DNA from: an uncultured Gammaproteobacteria bacterium | GTDB lineage: Bacteria > Patescibacteriota > Microgenomatia > 2-02-FULL-39-11 | DNA length: 64,000 nt | NCBI GenBank assembly: GCA_964544585.1 | Contig: CAZJBV010000002.1 | Coordinates: forward strand, 67,468 to 131,467 | Direction of reading: 5' to 3' | Shown: positions 10,243 through 19,769 of the stretch, piece after piece | Position numbering within the stretch: position 1 is the stretch's first letter | Layout of the letters: each line of letters begins with the position of its first letter | Made by a program: the position numbers and the translations under genes | Notes under the pieces: generated by a model | What the model was told of the DNA's origin: nothing | Seen by the model: the letters and a program-made list of their open reading frames with translations, nothing else | Databases searched by the model: none

Positions 10243-11204
10243 AAGATTTCACTATAGCGTTATGCACCTGCAACCGCTTATCGCTTCTAAAAAAATGTTT
10301 AAAAAGCATTATGGCAGATATTTCTCTCGAACAAATTGTAGTTTTGGATGCTGGCTCTATAGACGGTTCAGTTGAATTTCTAAGACGTCATCATAAAAAG
10401 GTCAAACTGGTACAATATCCGAAAATTGGACAAGCAAAAAGCCTCAATCGATTCTTCAAAACAGTTAGATCCAAATATGCTTGCTGGGTTAGTGATGATA
10501 ATATTATCAAAAAAGGAATGCTCAAAAAGGCAGAGAGAATCCTAGATGAAAATCCCCATATAGGTATGGTCGGATTGAAAGTCAAAGACGTCACTGGACC
10601 ATATAGAGACGAAGAATATATCGGAGGCATTTCCCAGGCTGGTATATTAAATGTAAATCAAGGTATGTTTCGCATGAACATTGCCCGAAAAGTGGGTTTT
10701 TTTGATGAAAAATTTCCAGATTATGGAATGGATGTAGATTTAACCACAAAAATTTTATTGGCTGGTCACAAAGTAGTCTATACAAAAAATATCGCCATAT
10801 TGCATTACCGCGATTACCATCAATATCCAGGGGCATTTGAGTTGGAAGATAGAAAAAAAAGATCCTTATTATCACACAAAATTTATGCTCGGAAATATCC
10901 AGTATTATGCAGAAAATATCGGCAAACAACTCTACTATATTACAGAACATATCTATTATTGCGATCGATAATCGTCATTCCGTTGCAATTAATCTATTCT
11001 TTTATATCCATCCCTTTGAGTAAAACAAGATTTATTTTTCTTCTTATCAATGCAAGGAGAAGGATAATCGATTTGAAAAATAGATATTTTGGTACAAAAC
11101 GAGATTGGAACAATATACTCCGCGGAAGATTTATCTCATACCTAGATCTCTGGTATAATCGGAACCGCGACTTTTACTTGGTTCAAAAAATAAAAAATCA
11201 TTGA
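10239..11204 (+). CDS. GT2 glycosyltransferase
   Basis: 'FTIALCTCNR' and 'VVLDAGSIDGS' are GT2 motifs; the C-terminal region has a TM segment. Confidence 0.75.
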   Translation: MKDFTIALCTCNRLSLLKKCLKSIMADISLEQIVVLDAGSIDGSVEFLRRHHKKVKLVQYPKIGQAKSLNRFFKTVRSKYACWVSDDNIIKKGMLKKAERILDENPHIGMVGLKVKDVTGPYRDEEYIGGISQAGILNVNQGMFRMNIARKVGFFDEKFPDYGMDVDLTTKILLAGHKVVYTKNIAILHYRDYHQYPGAFELEDRKKRSLLSHKIYARKYPVLCRKYRQTTLLYYRTYLLLRSIIVIPLQLIYSFISIPLSKTRFIFLLINARRRIIDLKNRYFGTKRDWNNILRGRFISYLDLWYNRNRDFYLVQKIKNH

Positions 11205-12262
11205 TAAAACACAAACCTAAACTAATCATCAAAAATAAAACTATTTCCCTTGAAAGCGATTGCTTTGTCGTGGCAGAAATAGGCCATAACCATCAGGGCA
11301 GTATCGAAATAGCCAAACAACTCTTTAAAGCAGCCAAAGAGTGTGGTGTCGATGCAGTCAAGTTACAAAAACGAAATAATAAAAAACTCTATACCCAGGA
11401 ATTTTATAATACTCCTTACAACAGCGAAAACGCATACGGACCAACATACGGCCGACACAGAGAAGCTCTCGAGTTTGGTGAAGGCCAGTTCAAGGAATTG
11501 AAAAAATATGCCGAGCATTTAGGATTAATCTTTTTTGCCACCCCATTTGATTTTGATAGCGTTGATTTTCTTGAGTCTATAGATACTCCCCTTTATAAAG
11601 TCGCATCAGGAGATTTGAGAAATATACCTCTTTTAGAATATATTGCCCGAAGGCAAAAGCCAATGCTTATTTCCACAGGCGGCGCGACCCTAGATGATGT
11701 CAAAAGAGCGTATAAGGTAGTAAGAGCCATCAATCCAAATTTTGCCATTCTACAATGCACCGCGTCATACCCGGCCGAGTTTTCAGAGCTAAATCTTCAT
11801 GTCATAAGTGAATATCAACGTCTCTTTCCTGACAACATCATTGGTTTTTCCGCTCATGACAACGGAATTGCCATGTCTGTAGCAGCCTATGTCCTAGGCG
11901 CAAGAGTTATCGAAAAACATTTTACCCTCAATAGAATCATGAAAGGTACAGATCACATATTTTCACTTGAGCCGGTTGGCATGAAGAAATTGGTCAGAGA
12001 TTTAAGAAGAGTCAAGGTGGGACTTGGAGATGGAGTTAAAAAAACGTATGAATCAGAAAAAGATCCAATACGCAAGATGAGTAAAACAATCGTCGCCGCA
12101 AAAGATATTCGTAAAGGACATGTTTTGACAAGTAAAGATTTAGCATTTAAATCACCAGGCGGTGGATTGCATCCCTATCAAATTGAAAAACTAATTGGAA
12201 AAAAAGTCAAAATACCTCTCAAAGAGGACGAGACAATAGCATTCGAACATCTTTATAAATGA
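11201..12262 (+). CDS. neuB: N-acetylneuraminate / nonulosonic acid synthase (NeuB family) with C-terminal SAF domain
   Basis: 'VVAEIGHNHQGS', 'FATPFD', 'YKVASGD', 'LISTGGATLDDV' and 'LQCTASYPAEF' align closely with the NeuB/PseI/LegI family. Confidence 0.85.
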   Translation: MIKHKPKLIIKNKTISLESDCFVVAEIGHNHQGSIEIAKQLFKAAKECGVDAVKLQKRNNKKLYTQEFYNTPYNSENAYGPTYGRHREALEFGEGQFKELKKYAEHLGLIFFATPFDFDSVDFLESIDTPLYKVASGDLRNIPLLEYIARRQKPMLISTGGATLDDVKRAYKVVRAINPNFAILQCTASYPAEFSELNLHVISEYQRLFPDNIIGFSAHDNGIAMSVAAYVLGARVIEKHFTLNRIMKGTDHIFSLEPVGMKKLVRDLRRVKVGLGDGVKKTYESEKDPIRKMSKTIVAAKDIRKGHVLTSKDLAFKSPGGGLHPYQIEKLIGKKVKIPLKEDETIAFEHLYK

Positions 12263-13083
12263 AAAAACCACTTGAATTATTTAAACTCGATGGCAATATA
12301 GCACTGGTTACTGGAGGCCTAGGAAATCTAGGGCCTTATTGGATAAAAGCGTTAAAAGGGGGTGGAGCAAAAGTAGTTTCGATTGATCTGCCGAACATAA
12401 AATCCTCTGACTATTACTTTTCCGTCGATATCACCGATATAAATCGTCTTCATAAATTACATACACAGATATCAAAAGATTTGGGAAGCGTTACAATACT
12501 TGTAAACAATGCCGGCATTGACGCACCACCCTCAAAGCACCTCGAAGGTGGCCGGCTTGCCCTGAGCGCAGTCGAAGGGGACTCCTTCGAGGTGAAGGAA
12601 ACAGGCTATGACTCCCCCGAGGTGAACAGGCTATATAAAAATATGTGGGATGTAAATGTCCAAGGTCTGGTAAATTGCATAGAAGTTTTTTCACCAGATA
12701 TGAAAAAGCAGAAGAAAGGAAGCATTATAAATATTGGCTCTCTCTATGGAGAAAAGTCACCAGACGAAAGATTATATAGCCATCTCGGTTTTGACAAGCC
12801 CTGGGCCTATGGAGCCACAAAAGCAGCGGTCCTTCAAGTTACTCGTCACTACTCCACCCGCCTTGCCAAATATAATATCAGAGTAAATACCTTATCACCG
12901 GGAGGAGTATTTAATAATCAAGATAAAGAATTTGTAAAAAAATATTCACAACACGTTCCCTTAGGCCGAATGGCAGAAAAAGTTACCGACCTTGCCGGCC
13001 CGCTTCTCTTTCTTGCCTCCGATGCATCAATCTATGTTACAGGCATAAATCTTCAAGTTAATGGCGGCTATACAGCTTGGTAA
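12259..13083 (+). CDS. SDR family oxidoreductase carrying an in-frame GC-rich palindromic element insertion
   Basis: 'ALVTGGLGNLG', 'NNAGI' and 'YGATKAAV' are SDR motifs. About 20 extra residues ('PPSKHLEGGRLALSAVEGDSFEV...') between NNAG and the catalytic region are encoded by the GC-rich repeat. Confidence 0.8.
   Translation: MKKPLELFKLDGNIALVTGGLGNLGPYWIKALKGGGAKVVSIDLPNIKSSDYYFSVDITDINRLHKLHTQISKDLGSVTILVNNAGIDAPPSKHLEGGRLALSAVEGDSFEVKETGYDSPEVNRLYKNMWDVNVQGLVNCIEVFSPDMKKQKKGSIINIGSLYGEKSPDERLYSHLGFDKPWAYGATKAAVLQVTRHYSTRLAKYNIRVNTLSPGGVFNNQDKEFVKKYSQHVPLGRMAEKVTDLAGPLLFLASDASIYVTGINLQVNGGYTAW
12538..12624. repeat. GC-rich nested palindromic element C1: arms CACCTCGAAGG/CCTTCGAGGTG plus an extra partial arm, in-frame inside the SDR gene
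   Basis: cacctcgaaggtggccgg...gggactccttcgaggtg at 12538-12594 and actcccccgaggtg at 12611-12624. A local GC spike in an AT-rich gene. Confidence 0.8.
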
Positions 13084-13087
13084 AAAT

Positions 13088-14518
13088 ATGAAATATCCCA
13101 CAAATATTTATCACTGGATTGGCAACAGAGAAACTGGAAATAAAGATACTAAATTAATTGCAAAAATAAATCCAAGAAACGGGCAAAAAATAGCCAAAAT
13201 AATTCAAGGAACCAATCAAGAGGTAAAATATGCAATTACCAAATCTTTAAATGCTTTTTCATCTTGGAGTCAAACTTCAATAATATCTCGTGCCAACATT
13301 CTCCGCGAGACCGCCATTTTGGTGCAAAAAAGAAAGGATGAAATAGCCCAAATAGTTCATCTGGAAACGGGAAAATCTTTAAAAGATGCAACAAACGAAG
13401 TAGAAGGAGCAATAGAATTAGGCTTTTTTATGGCAGGGGAGGGGAGAAGATATTATGGGAAAACAACCACATCGGCACAAGAAAATAGGTGGGCATACAC
13501 CATAAGACAACCAGTTGGAGTTTGCGCTTTAATAGTTCCTTTTAATACTCCTATTGCCAATGTAACCTGGAAAGCATTTCCAGCCCTTCTTTGCGGAAAT
13601 ACGTGTGTGGCAAAAGCTGCCTCAGATACGCCTTACACTCCCATTTGGTTTGGGAAAATTCTAAAAGAGGCAGGACTGCCTGACGGAATCTACAACGTCA
13701 TCCAAGGAAGCGGAGAGGAAATAGGAGGTGCTCTGCTTGATGACAGAAGAATAAATCTTATTAGCTTCACCGGATCGGTCGAAACCGGAAAATATATTCA
13801 AAAAAAGGTTGCAAATCGTTTGGTCAAAGTAAGTCTTGAATTGGGAGGAAAAAATCCTCTTATTGTCTGCGACGACGCCAATCTAGAAGAAGCTGCCAAC
13901 CAGGCAATACTTTCAGCATTTTCCAATGCCGGACAGCGCTGTTCTTCCGGAAGTAGAATTATAGTTTTCGAAAAAATATACGAACAATTCAAAAAGCTTT
14001 TTATAGAAAAAACAAAAACTTACAAAGTAGGACCAGTGATAAATGAAAAGCAATTAAACAAAATGATTTCAATCATGGACAGAGTTGTTAAGTCTGGAAA
14101 AGTTAAATTAATTTTAGGAGGAAATAGAAAAGTCGATAGACCAGGTTACTTTCTTGCTCCTACTATTCTCGAATCAAAACAAAAAAGCGAGTATGATGAC
14201 GAAGAATTATTTGGCCCAATCACTTCTCTCTATAAAGTAAAAAATTTAGATCAAGCTTTAGAATTAACAAACAACTCTCCCTATGGTTTAACCGCAGCAA
14301 TTCATACCGCAAGTATTCATAAAGAAGAGTATTTTATAAATCACGCCAGAGTAGGAGTAGTATCAGTAAACGGCCCGACCTATGGCAGCGAACCCCATTT
14401 GCCTTTCGGAGGCTTGAGAAATTCGGGTAATGGTCATCGAGAACCAGGCACAGAAGCCCTAGACTTCTATTCTGAATGGAAAACCGTTTATATAAAGCAC
14501 AGCCCCGAGAATATTTAG
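13088..14518 (+). CDS. aldehyde dehydrogenase family protein
   Basis: 'ELGGKNP' and 'GQRCSSGSR' are ALDH catalytic motifs. The alternative start at 13061 overlaps the upstream gene. Confidence 0.85.
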   Translation: MKYPTNIYHWIGNRETGNKDTKLIAKINPRNGQKIAKIIQGTNQEVKYAITKSLNAFSSWSQTSIISRANILRETAILVQKRKDEIAQIVHLETGKSLKDATNEVEGAIELGFFMAGEGRRYYGKTTTSAQENRWAYTIRQPVGVCALIVPFNTPIANVTWKAFPALLCGNTCVAKAASDTPYTPIWFGKILKEAGLPDGIYNVIQGSGEEIGGALLDDRRINLISFTGSVETGKYIQKKVANRLVKVSLELGGKNPLIVCDDANLEEAANQAILSAFSNAGQRCSSGSRIIVFEKIYEQFKKLFIEKTKTYKVGPVINEKQLNKMISIMDRVVKSGKVKLILGGNRKVDRPGYFLAPTILESKQKSEYDDEELFGPITSLYKVKNLDQALELTNNSPYGLTAAIHTASIHKEEYFINHARVGVVSVNGPTYGSEPHLPFGGLRNSGNGHREPGTEALDFYSEWKTVYIKHSPENI

Positions 14519-15295
14519 ATGATGAAAATTCCATCAATTATTGCTCTGATACCCGCACGCTCCGGATCTAAAAGAATTAAAGATAAAAATATAAATGAAC
14601 TTGCTGGCCATCCACTAATCGCCTACACCATAGCGGGAGCGTTAGAATCAGGAATATTTAAAAAAATAATAGTCTCAACCGATAGCCCACAATACGCCAA
14701 AATTGCAGAATATTATGGCGCAGAAGTTCCCTTTTTGCGTCCTTCCGAGTTTGCCAAGTCGACTTCACCTGACATCGAATGGCTCCATTACACTCTGAAA
14801 AAACTCCGGAATGATGAAAATGGCACAATTGAAGACTGTTTTGCCATTTTAAGACCCACAAGTCCGGGAAGGTTATCCGAAACCATAAAACGGGCTTGGA
14901 AGCTATTTCTCGATGATGGCAATGCAGATAGTCTTCGCGCAGTTGAAATTTGCTCTCAACATCCGGCTAAAATGTGGATTGTTGATAAAAAGATTAATCG
15001 CATCCATCCCGTAATGGTCAATCCTGACAAAAAAGATATACCATGGCACAGCCAGCAATTTCCCTCCCTTCCCAAAGTCTATGCTCAAAATGCCAGTCTG
15101 GAAATTGCCTGGACTCGCCTTCCTCTTGAAAAATATTCTCTATCAGGAGATAAAATCATGCCCTTCTTTACTAATGAATCAGAAGGATTTGATCTAAATT
15201 CTGAATGGGACTGGATAATTGCTGAAAATATGCTAAAGAGAGGCAGATTGATTCTGCCAAAAGTAAAGAAACCTCCGTATGAAAAATATTCTTAA
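14519..15295 (+). CDS. neuA: acylneuraminate (nonulosonate) cytidylyltransferase, CMP-sugar synthetase
   Basis: N-terminal 'IIALIPARSGSKRIKDKN' is the CTP_transf_3 signature. Confidence 0.8.
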   Translation: MMKIPSIIALIPARSGSKRIKDKNINELAGHPLIAYTIAGALESGIFKKIIVSTDSPQYAKIAEYYGAEVPFLRPSEFAKSTSPDIEWLHYTLKKLRNDENGTIEDCFAILRPTSPGRLSETIKRAWKLFLDDGNADSLRAVEICSQHPAKMWIVDKKINRIHPVMVNPDKKDIPWHSQQFPSLPKVYAQNASLEIAWTRLPLEKYSLSGDKIMPFFTNESEGFDLNSEWDWIIAENMLKRGRLILPKVKKPPYEKYS

Positions 15296-17195
15296 TCAAA
15301 CAGGGTATATAGGAGCTAATACATTCCAGCTACTTGAAAAAAAGAAGTATCTTGACACAATTGCCGATTGTATACGCTACAATACGCTTTTATCTGTAGC
15401 TCGCGCCGGCACAGGACACTTGGGAGCTTCTCTTTCAATAATAGAAACGCTAACTGAAATTTATTTTCGTTCTTTTAACTTTGATCTACAAAATTTAAAT
15501 AATCCCCACCGCGACATCTTTATCCTCTCCAAAGGTCATGCAGCTCCATCTCTCTATACAACTTTAGCCGCCAAAGGCTATTTTCCCATAGAATCGCTTG
15601 ACTCTCTTCGAAGACTCAATGGTCTTCAAGGTCATTGCGATATTGTAACGTTGGGTATTGAAGCAAATACCGGCTCTCTGGCCATGGGTCTATCCAAAGC
15701 AGTAGGCTACTCAATCTTAAAAAAAAGAATGGGATTAAAAGGTAATGTCCTGTGTTTAGTCGGAGATGGAGAATTACAAGAAGGCCAATGCTGGGAAGCC
15801 TTTCTTTCGGCAATAAGTTTCTCTTGTGACAATTTATTCGTTGTCATAGACGATAACCAAGTCCAGACAGATCAATACACCAATAATATTGTTAAGTACA
15901 ATGACATAATAAGTACGCTTTCCTCAATAGGTTTTGCAGTAGTTGAAAAAAACGGTCGGAAAAGCGATGAAATCTACAAAGGTTTTAACTCATTAAAAAA
16001 AGCCAAAATACCAAAACTCCTCTATCTTCATACAGTCAAAGGCCAGGGGGTTTCATATATGGAACACACGAATATATTGAATAAAAAAAATGCTAAATAT
16101 ATCTGGCACAACAAACCACCAACAAAAGAATTATTAAGAATTGCTCTCGAAGAAATTTTAAAAAGGATTAAAAATATTCTTAAATCAGAAAATCTTTCAT
16201 TCAATATAAACCCATCTCTACAGTCTATACCGAGGGAACCGGGAGAAACAGGTATCGAAGGAAAAAACATCATTGCTGGTTTTGCAGAAGGACTAAAAGA
16301 AATAGCCTCAAAAAATAAAAGAATCGTCGTCCTCGACGGAGATCTGGAAGAAGATTGTGGTTTCATCCCATTCCATAAATCATACCCCAAACGATTTTTT
16401 GAAATGGGGATTATGGAACAACACATTGTTTCAGCAGCATCAGCCTTTTCTCGACTTGGGTATATTCCTGTAATCTCCACATATGCCGCATTTCTCACCG
16501 CCAGAGCCAACGAGCAAATCTATAATTTAGTAACAGAAAGTGGAAAAGCCTTAATAGTCGGTAATATGGCAGGTATACTTCCGGCCACTCCAGGAAAGTC
16601 TCATCAAGCATTTCGGGATATTGCCTGCATGAAAAATATACCCGGAATTACCATGTACCAGCCAGTCTCGGCTCAAGATGTAAAAAACATCCTCAATAGA
16701 TATTTCCAAGGTTTATTAGGCAAAATTGTCTATATTCGTTTATCAATGGCCGCATCCCGCATTGAGTTGGCAACGTCACCCATTTCTTTAAAAAAAGGAG
16801 TTTCACATATACTCAAAAAAGGCAAAGATGCTCTCGCGATCGGGATAGGGCCTGTAGTTTTGGGAGAATGTCTAAAGTCAGCCGAAAATTTAAAAGAAAA
16901 TGGCATAAATGTCGAAATCTGGAATCATCCCTGGCTTATTGATTTTGACAAAAACCAATTGCGTCAAGCTTCAAAAAGGAAAATTCCTTTAATTATCATC
17001 GAAGATCACTATATAAAAGGAGGATTTGGTGAAAGCCTTTTGTCATTTTTAAGATTAAATAATATTTCCTTTAACAAAATAAAGCATATTGGGATAAAGA
17101 ATATTCCTCAGACAGGCTTTAGACAGGAGGCGCTCGAAACACAAGGGTTAGATAGCAACTCATTAATCTCCGGTATAAAAAGCTTGCTTCAATGA
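15279..17195 (+). CDS. transketolase (fused N-terminal TPP-binding and C-terminal pyrimidine-binding domains)
   Basis: 'GHLGASLS', 'SKGHAAPSLY' and 'GDGELQEGQCWEA' in the N-terminal half, plus a transketolase C-terminal half. Confidence 0.8.
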   Translation: MKNILNQTGYIGANTFQLLEKKKYLDTIADCIRYNTLLSVARAGTGHLGASLSIIETLTEIYFRSFNFDLQNLNNPHRDIFILSKGHAAPSLYTTLAAKGYFPIESLDSLRRLNGLQGHCDIVTLGIEANTGSLAMGLSKAVGYSILKKRMGLKGNVLCLVGDGELQEGQCWEAFLSAISFSCDNLFVVIDDNQVQTDQYTNNIVKYNDIISTLSSIGFAVVEKNGRKSDEIYKGFNSLKKAKIPKLLYLHTVKGQGVSYMEHTNILNKKNAKYIWHNKPPTKELLRIALEEILKRIKNILKSENLSFNINPSLQSIPREPGETGIEGKNIIAGFAEGLKEIASKNKRIVVLDGDLEEDCGFIPFHKSYPKRFFEMGIMEQHIVSAASAFSRLGYIPVISTYAAFLTARANEQIYNLVTESGKALIVGNMAGILPATPGKSHQAFRDIACMKNIPGITMYQPVSAQDVKNILNRYFQGLLGKIVYIRLSMAASRIELATSPISLKKGVSHILKKGKDALAIGIGPVVLGECLKSAENLKENGINVEIWNHPWLIDFDKNQLRQASKRKIPLIIIEDHYIKGGFGESLLSFLRLNNISFNKIKHIGIKNIPQTGFRQEALETQGLDSNSLISGIKSLLQ

Positions 17196-18088
17196 CTAAA
17201 AGTTTCGAGCTCTTAAGATTACTTCTGATCGGAATGAGCCTTAAACTCTATGCCGGCCTCAAATCCATTCCAGCAAATAATATTGATACATTTACTCGTA
17301 TATCAGCACTTCGGTCCTATAAAAATTTAGGTATTCAGCGAACTTTTGAATTGTTCATTCACCCGATTTCAACCATCAGGTATTTCGAATTTGACTTTGT
17401 CCAAAAAAATATAGAATTATCAAAGGTTCATAATATTTTGGATATATCGTCTCCTAGAATGTTTGGCCTTTATGTAGCCAAAAAAAATCCAAATATTAAA
17501 TATTTAATGATAAATCCTGATAAACATGATTTAACTGAAACTAATCAATTTAAAAATTCATTAAATCTGCATAATTTAACTCTTGATAGTTTAGATGCCC
17601 TAAAGCTTCCTTTTAAAAGTAATTCATTTGATATAGTTTTAAGCATCAGTGTCATCGAACACATTGCAGGAGTCGGTGACATGAAAGTAATAAAACAAAT
17701 ATGGCGGGTATTAAAGCCTGGCGGAAAATTAATAATTACTACTCATGTGGCAAAAAAAGAAAGATTGGAATACAGGGATTCAGACACCTATAATTTACAG
17801 GGAAAGAAAAAGAAATATTTTTTTCAAAGAATTTATAGTGGTGATTCATTAAAAAAGAGAATAATCAACGCAATTGGAATTAAGCCTAAATTAATCGAAA
17901 TCATTGGAGAAACTAAAAAGGGTTGGTTCGATTCATATATAACACGCTGGATTGAATACGATATAAAAGAAACAATTTTCGACCCATGGTACATGCTCAC
18001 CAAATTCAGAAAATATAATTCTATAGAGGAGTTACCTGGAATAGGTATAATCGCCGTAGTTTTTATTAAACCCCATCAACATTTATGA
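17192..18088 (+). CDS. class I SAM-dependent methyltransferase
   Basis: 'ILDISSP' followed by 'FDIVLSISVIEHI' and 'LKPGGKLII' is the Methyltransf_11 pattern. Confidence 0.75.
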   Translation: MTKSFELLRLLLIGMSLKLYAGLKSIPANNIDTFTRISALRSYKNLGIQRTFELFIHPISTIRYFEFDFVQKNIELSKVHNILDISSPRMFGLYVAKKNPNIKYLMINPDKHDLTETNQFKNSLNLHNLTLDSLDALKLPFKSNSFDIVLSISVIEHIAGVGDMKVIKQIWRVLKPGGKLIITTHVAKKERLEYRDSDTYNLQGKKKKYFFQRIYSGDSLKKRIINAIGIKPKLIEIIGETKKGWFDSYITRWIEYDIKETIFDPWYMLTKFRKYNSIEELPGIGIIAVVFIKPHQHL

Positions 18089-18921
18089 TATTTTCCAGAA
18101 AAATCGTTAACTCTATCAATACTTATCTCAAAAGACCAATCATCTATAAATTATTTCAGATGCAAAATGAATGGTTCAGAAAGCCTCCCTATGTATATTC
18201 TTATTATGGTTATAAAGTATATTATCCTCCACGAGACGACCTCATATACCTTTTGGCAACGGATGGCTCATACGAGCAAGGACTTTTAAACGCTTGTCAA
18301 AAACTTTTAAAAGACGATGCAGTTATTCTTGATGTAGGTGCCCATTTAGGTCTTATTACACTGGCATTATCAAGAATTCTGCCAAAAGCCCATTTCCACT
18401 GTTTCGAGCCTTCTCCACAAACCTTTAGATTACTCAAAACGACAGTCCGCAAAAATATTCTTTCAAAAAGAATATTTCTCAACAATATCGCCATCTTCAA
18501 ATCAAAAGATACTTCTACTTTCTTCGTTCATCGGGCAAAAGAGGCTTCAATAGATAGTATCAATATCCAAACAGGTCTTAAAATGATAAAAAAAATAAAA
18601 GTAAAAACCACAACTATAGACAGCTATGTTAAATCTTTAAATTTGCAAAAGGTAGATGCCATAAAAATCGATGCTGAAGGAGCTGAACTAGACATTCTCA
18701 AATCATCACTGATTACATTAAAAAAGTTTAAACCTGCCATTTTTTTCGAGACATGGCCGGAGGCGGCTGGCCTTTTTGGAATAAGTATGAAAGATATATA
18801 CAATTTTTTTTCTGGCAATGGTTATGCAGTATTTACCCAAAAAATAAAGCGCTTAAATCTGGATAATTTTTTAGACGCCACAAGAAGCGAAAGTAATTTC
18901 ATCTCTCTACCAAAATCATAA
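18085..18921 (+). CDS. FkbM family methyltransferase (tandem paralog 1)
   Basis: 'ILDVGAHLGLITL...HCFEPSP' and 'IKIDAEGAELDIL'. Confidence 0.8.
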   Translation: MIFSRKIVNSINTYLKRPIIYKLFQMQNEWFRKPPYVYSYYGYKVYYPPRDDLIYLLATDGSYEQGLLNACQKLLKDDAVILDVGAHLGLITLALSRILPKAHFHCFEPSPQTFRLLKTTVRKNILSKRIFLNNIAIFKSKDTSTFFVHRAKEASIDSINIQTGLKMIKKIKVKTTTIDSYVKSLNLQKVDAIKIDAEGAELDILKSSLITLKKFKPAIFFETWPEAAGLFGISMKDIYNFFSGNGYAVFTQKIKRLNLDNFLDATRSESNFISLPKS

Positions 18922-19769
18922 TGCCCAAATATTATTCCGACCTTTTTATAAAATCAGGCAAATTTATTTCCGGGAAAATAAAAGCCCCATTTTCGCTTTT
19001 GTTTCATCGCTTCAGAAATGAAATATTCAGAAAATCTCCCTACCATATGAAATATTTTGGTTTCAACTTGTATTATAAAAAGGGTGACGGAGGAATAAAT
19101 CATCTCGCCCGCGGATACTCATACGAACCAGACGTCATAGAGGCAATTATAAAAAATATACGCCCAAACTCTACCATAATCGATGTAGGAAGTAATATCG
19201 GCTTAATTACTCTTTCCGTGTTGCATTATTATCCCACCGCACACTTTCATTGTTTCGAACCATCTGGGTACTCTAATCAAATCTTTCAACAAACAATCTT
19301 GAAAAATAATTTAAACTCTAATATAAGATTGATAAAAAAAGGCCTCTACCACAAATCGGGAATCATTCCATTCTATACACACGGTATTCCTAACGCCCTA
19401 GGCGATGGTATTAAAGATACTAAAAGGGCTGGAATTTCAAAAAAGGCTCCAATCGAAGTAACTACTCTCGATAATTATGTTAAAAAATCTAAAATCCAAA
19501 AGATAGATCTCATCAAAATTGACGTCGAGGGTGCCGAGTTATTTGTCCTAAAAGGAGGAAGAAAATCAATTTTAAAATATCGTCCTCTTATCCTTTTTGA
19601 GGCAAACCCAGTAAACCTTCAAGCATATAATCTGATCCCGGGTGACATCTATCACTTCTTTTCAAAAATTGACTATAAAATCATTAGCCTTTCCGGAGAA
19701 ATATTAGATTTAGAAAAATTTGTAACTATGACCCAAAAAGTGGATAATTACTTGGCTTCTCCCATATGA
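18921..19769 (+). CDS. FkbM family methyltransferase (tandem paralog 2)
   Basis: 'IIDVGSNIGLITL...HCFEPSG' and 'IKIDVEGAELFVL'; paralogous to 18085..18921. Confidence 0.8.
   Translation: MPKYYSDLFIKSGKFISGKIKAPFSLLFHRFRNEIFRKSPYHMKYFGFNLYYKKGDGGINHLARGYSYEPDVIEAIIKNIRPNSTIIDVGSNIGLITLSVLHYYPTAHFHCFEPSGYSNQIFQQTILKNNLNSNIRLIKKGLYHKSGIIPFYTHGIPNALGDGIKDTKRAGISKKAPIEVTTLDNYVKKSKIQKIDLIKIDVEGAELFVLKGGRKSILKYRPLILFEANPVNLQAYNLIPGDIYHFFSKIDYKIISLSGEILDLEKFVTMTQKVDNYLASPI

Noticed and set aside
13061-13087. Longer start for the aldehyde dehydrogenase (13061) overlapping the SDR gene
   Set aside because: The ATG at 13088 removes the overlap. The added residues 'MAAIQLGKN' are simply the SDR C-terminus read in another frame and have no ALDH homology.
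16028-16510. 160-aa antisense ORF inside the transketolase gene
   Set aside because: It lies entirely within a strongly supported sense-strand CDS. It has a low-complexity translation and no motif.
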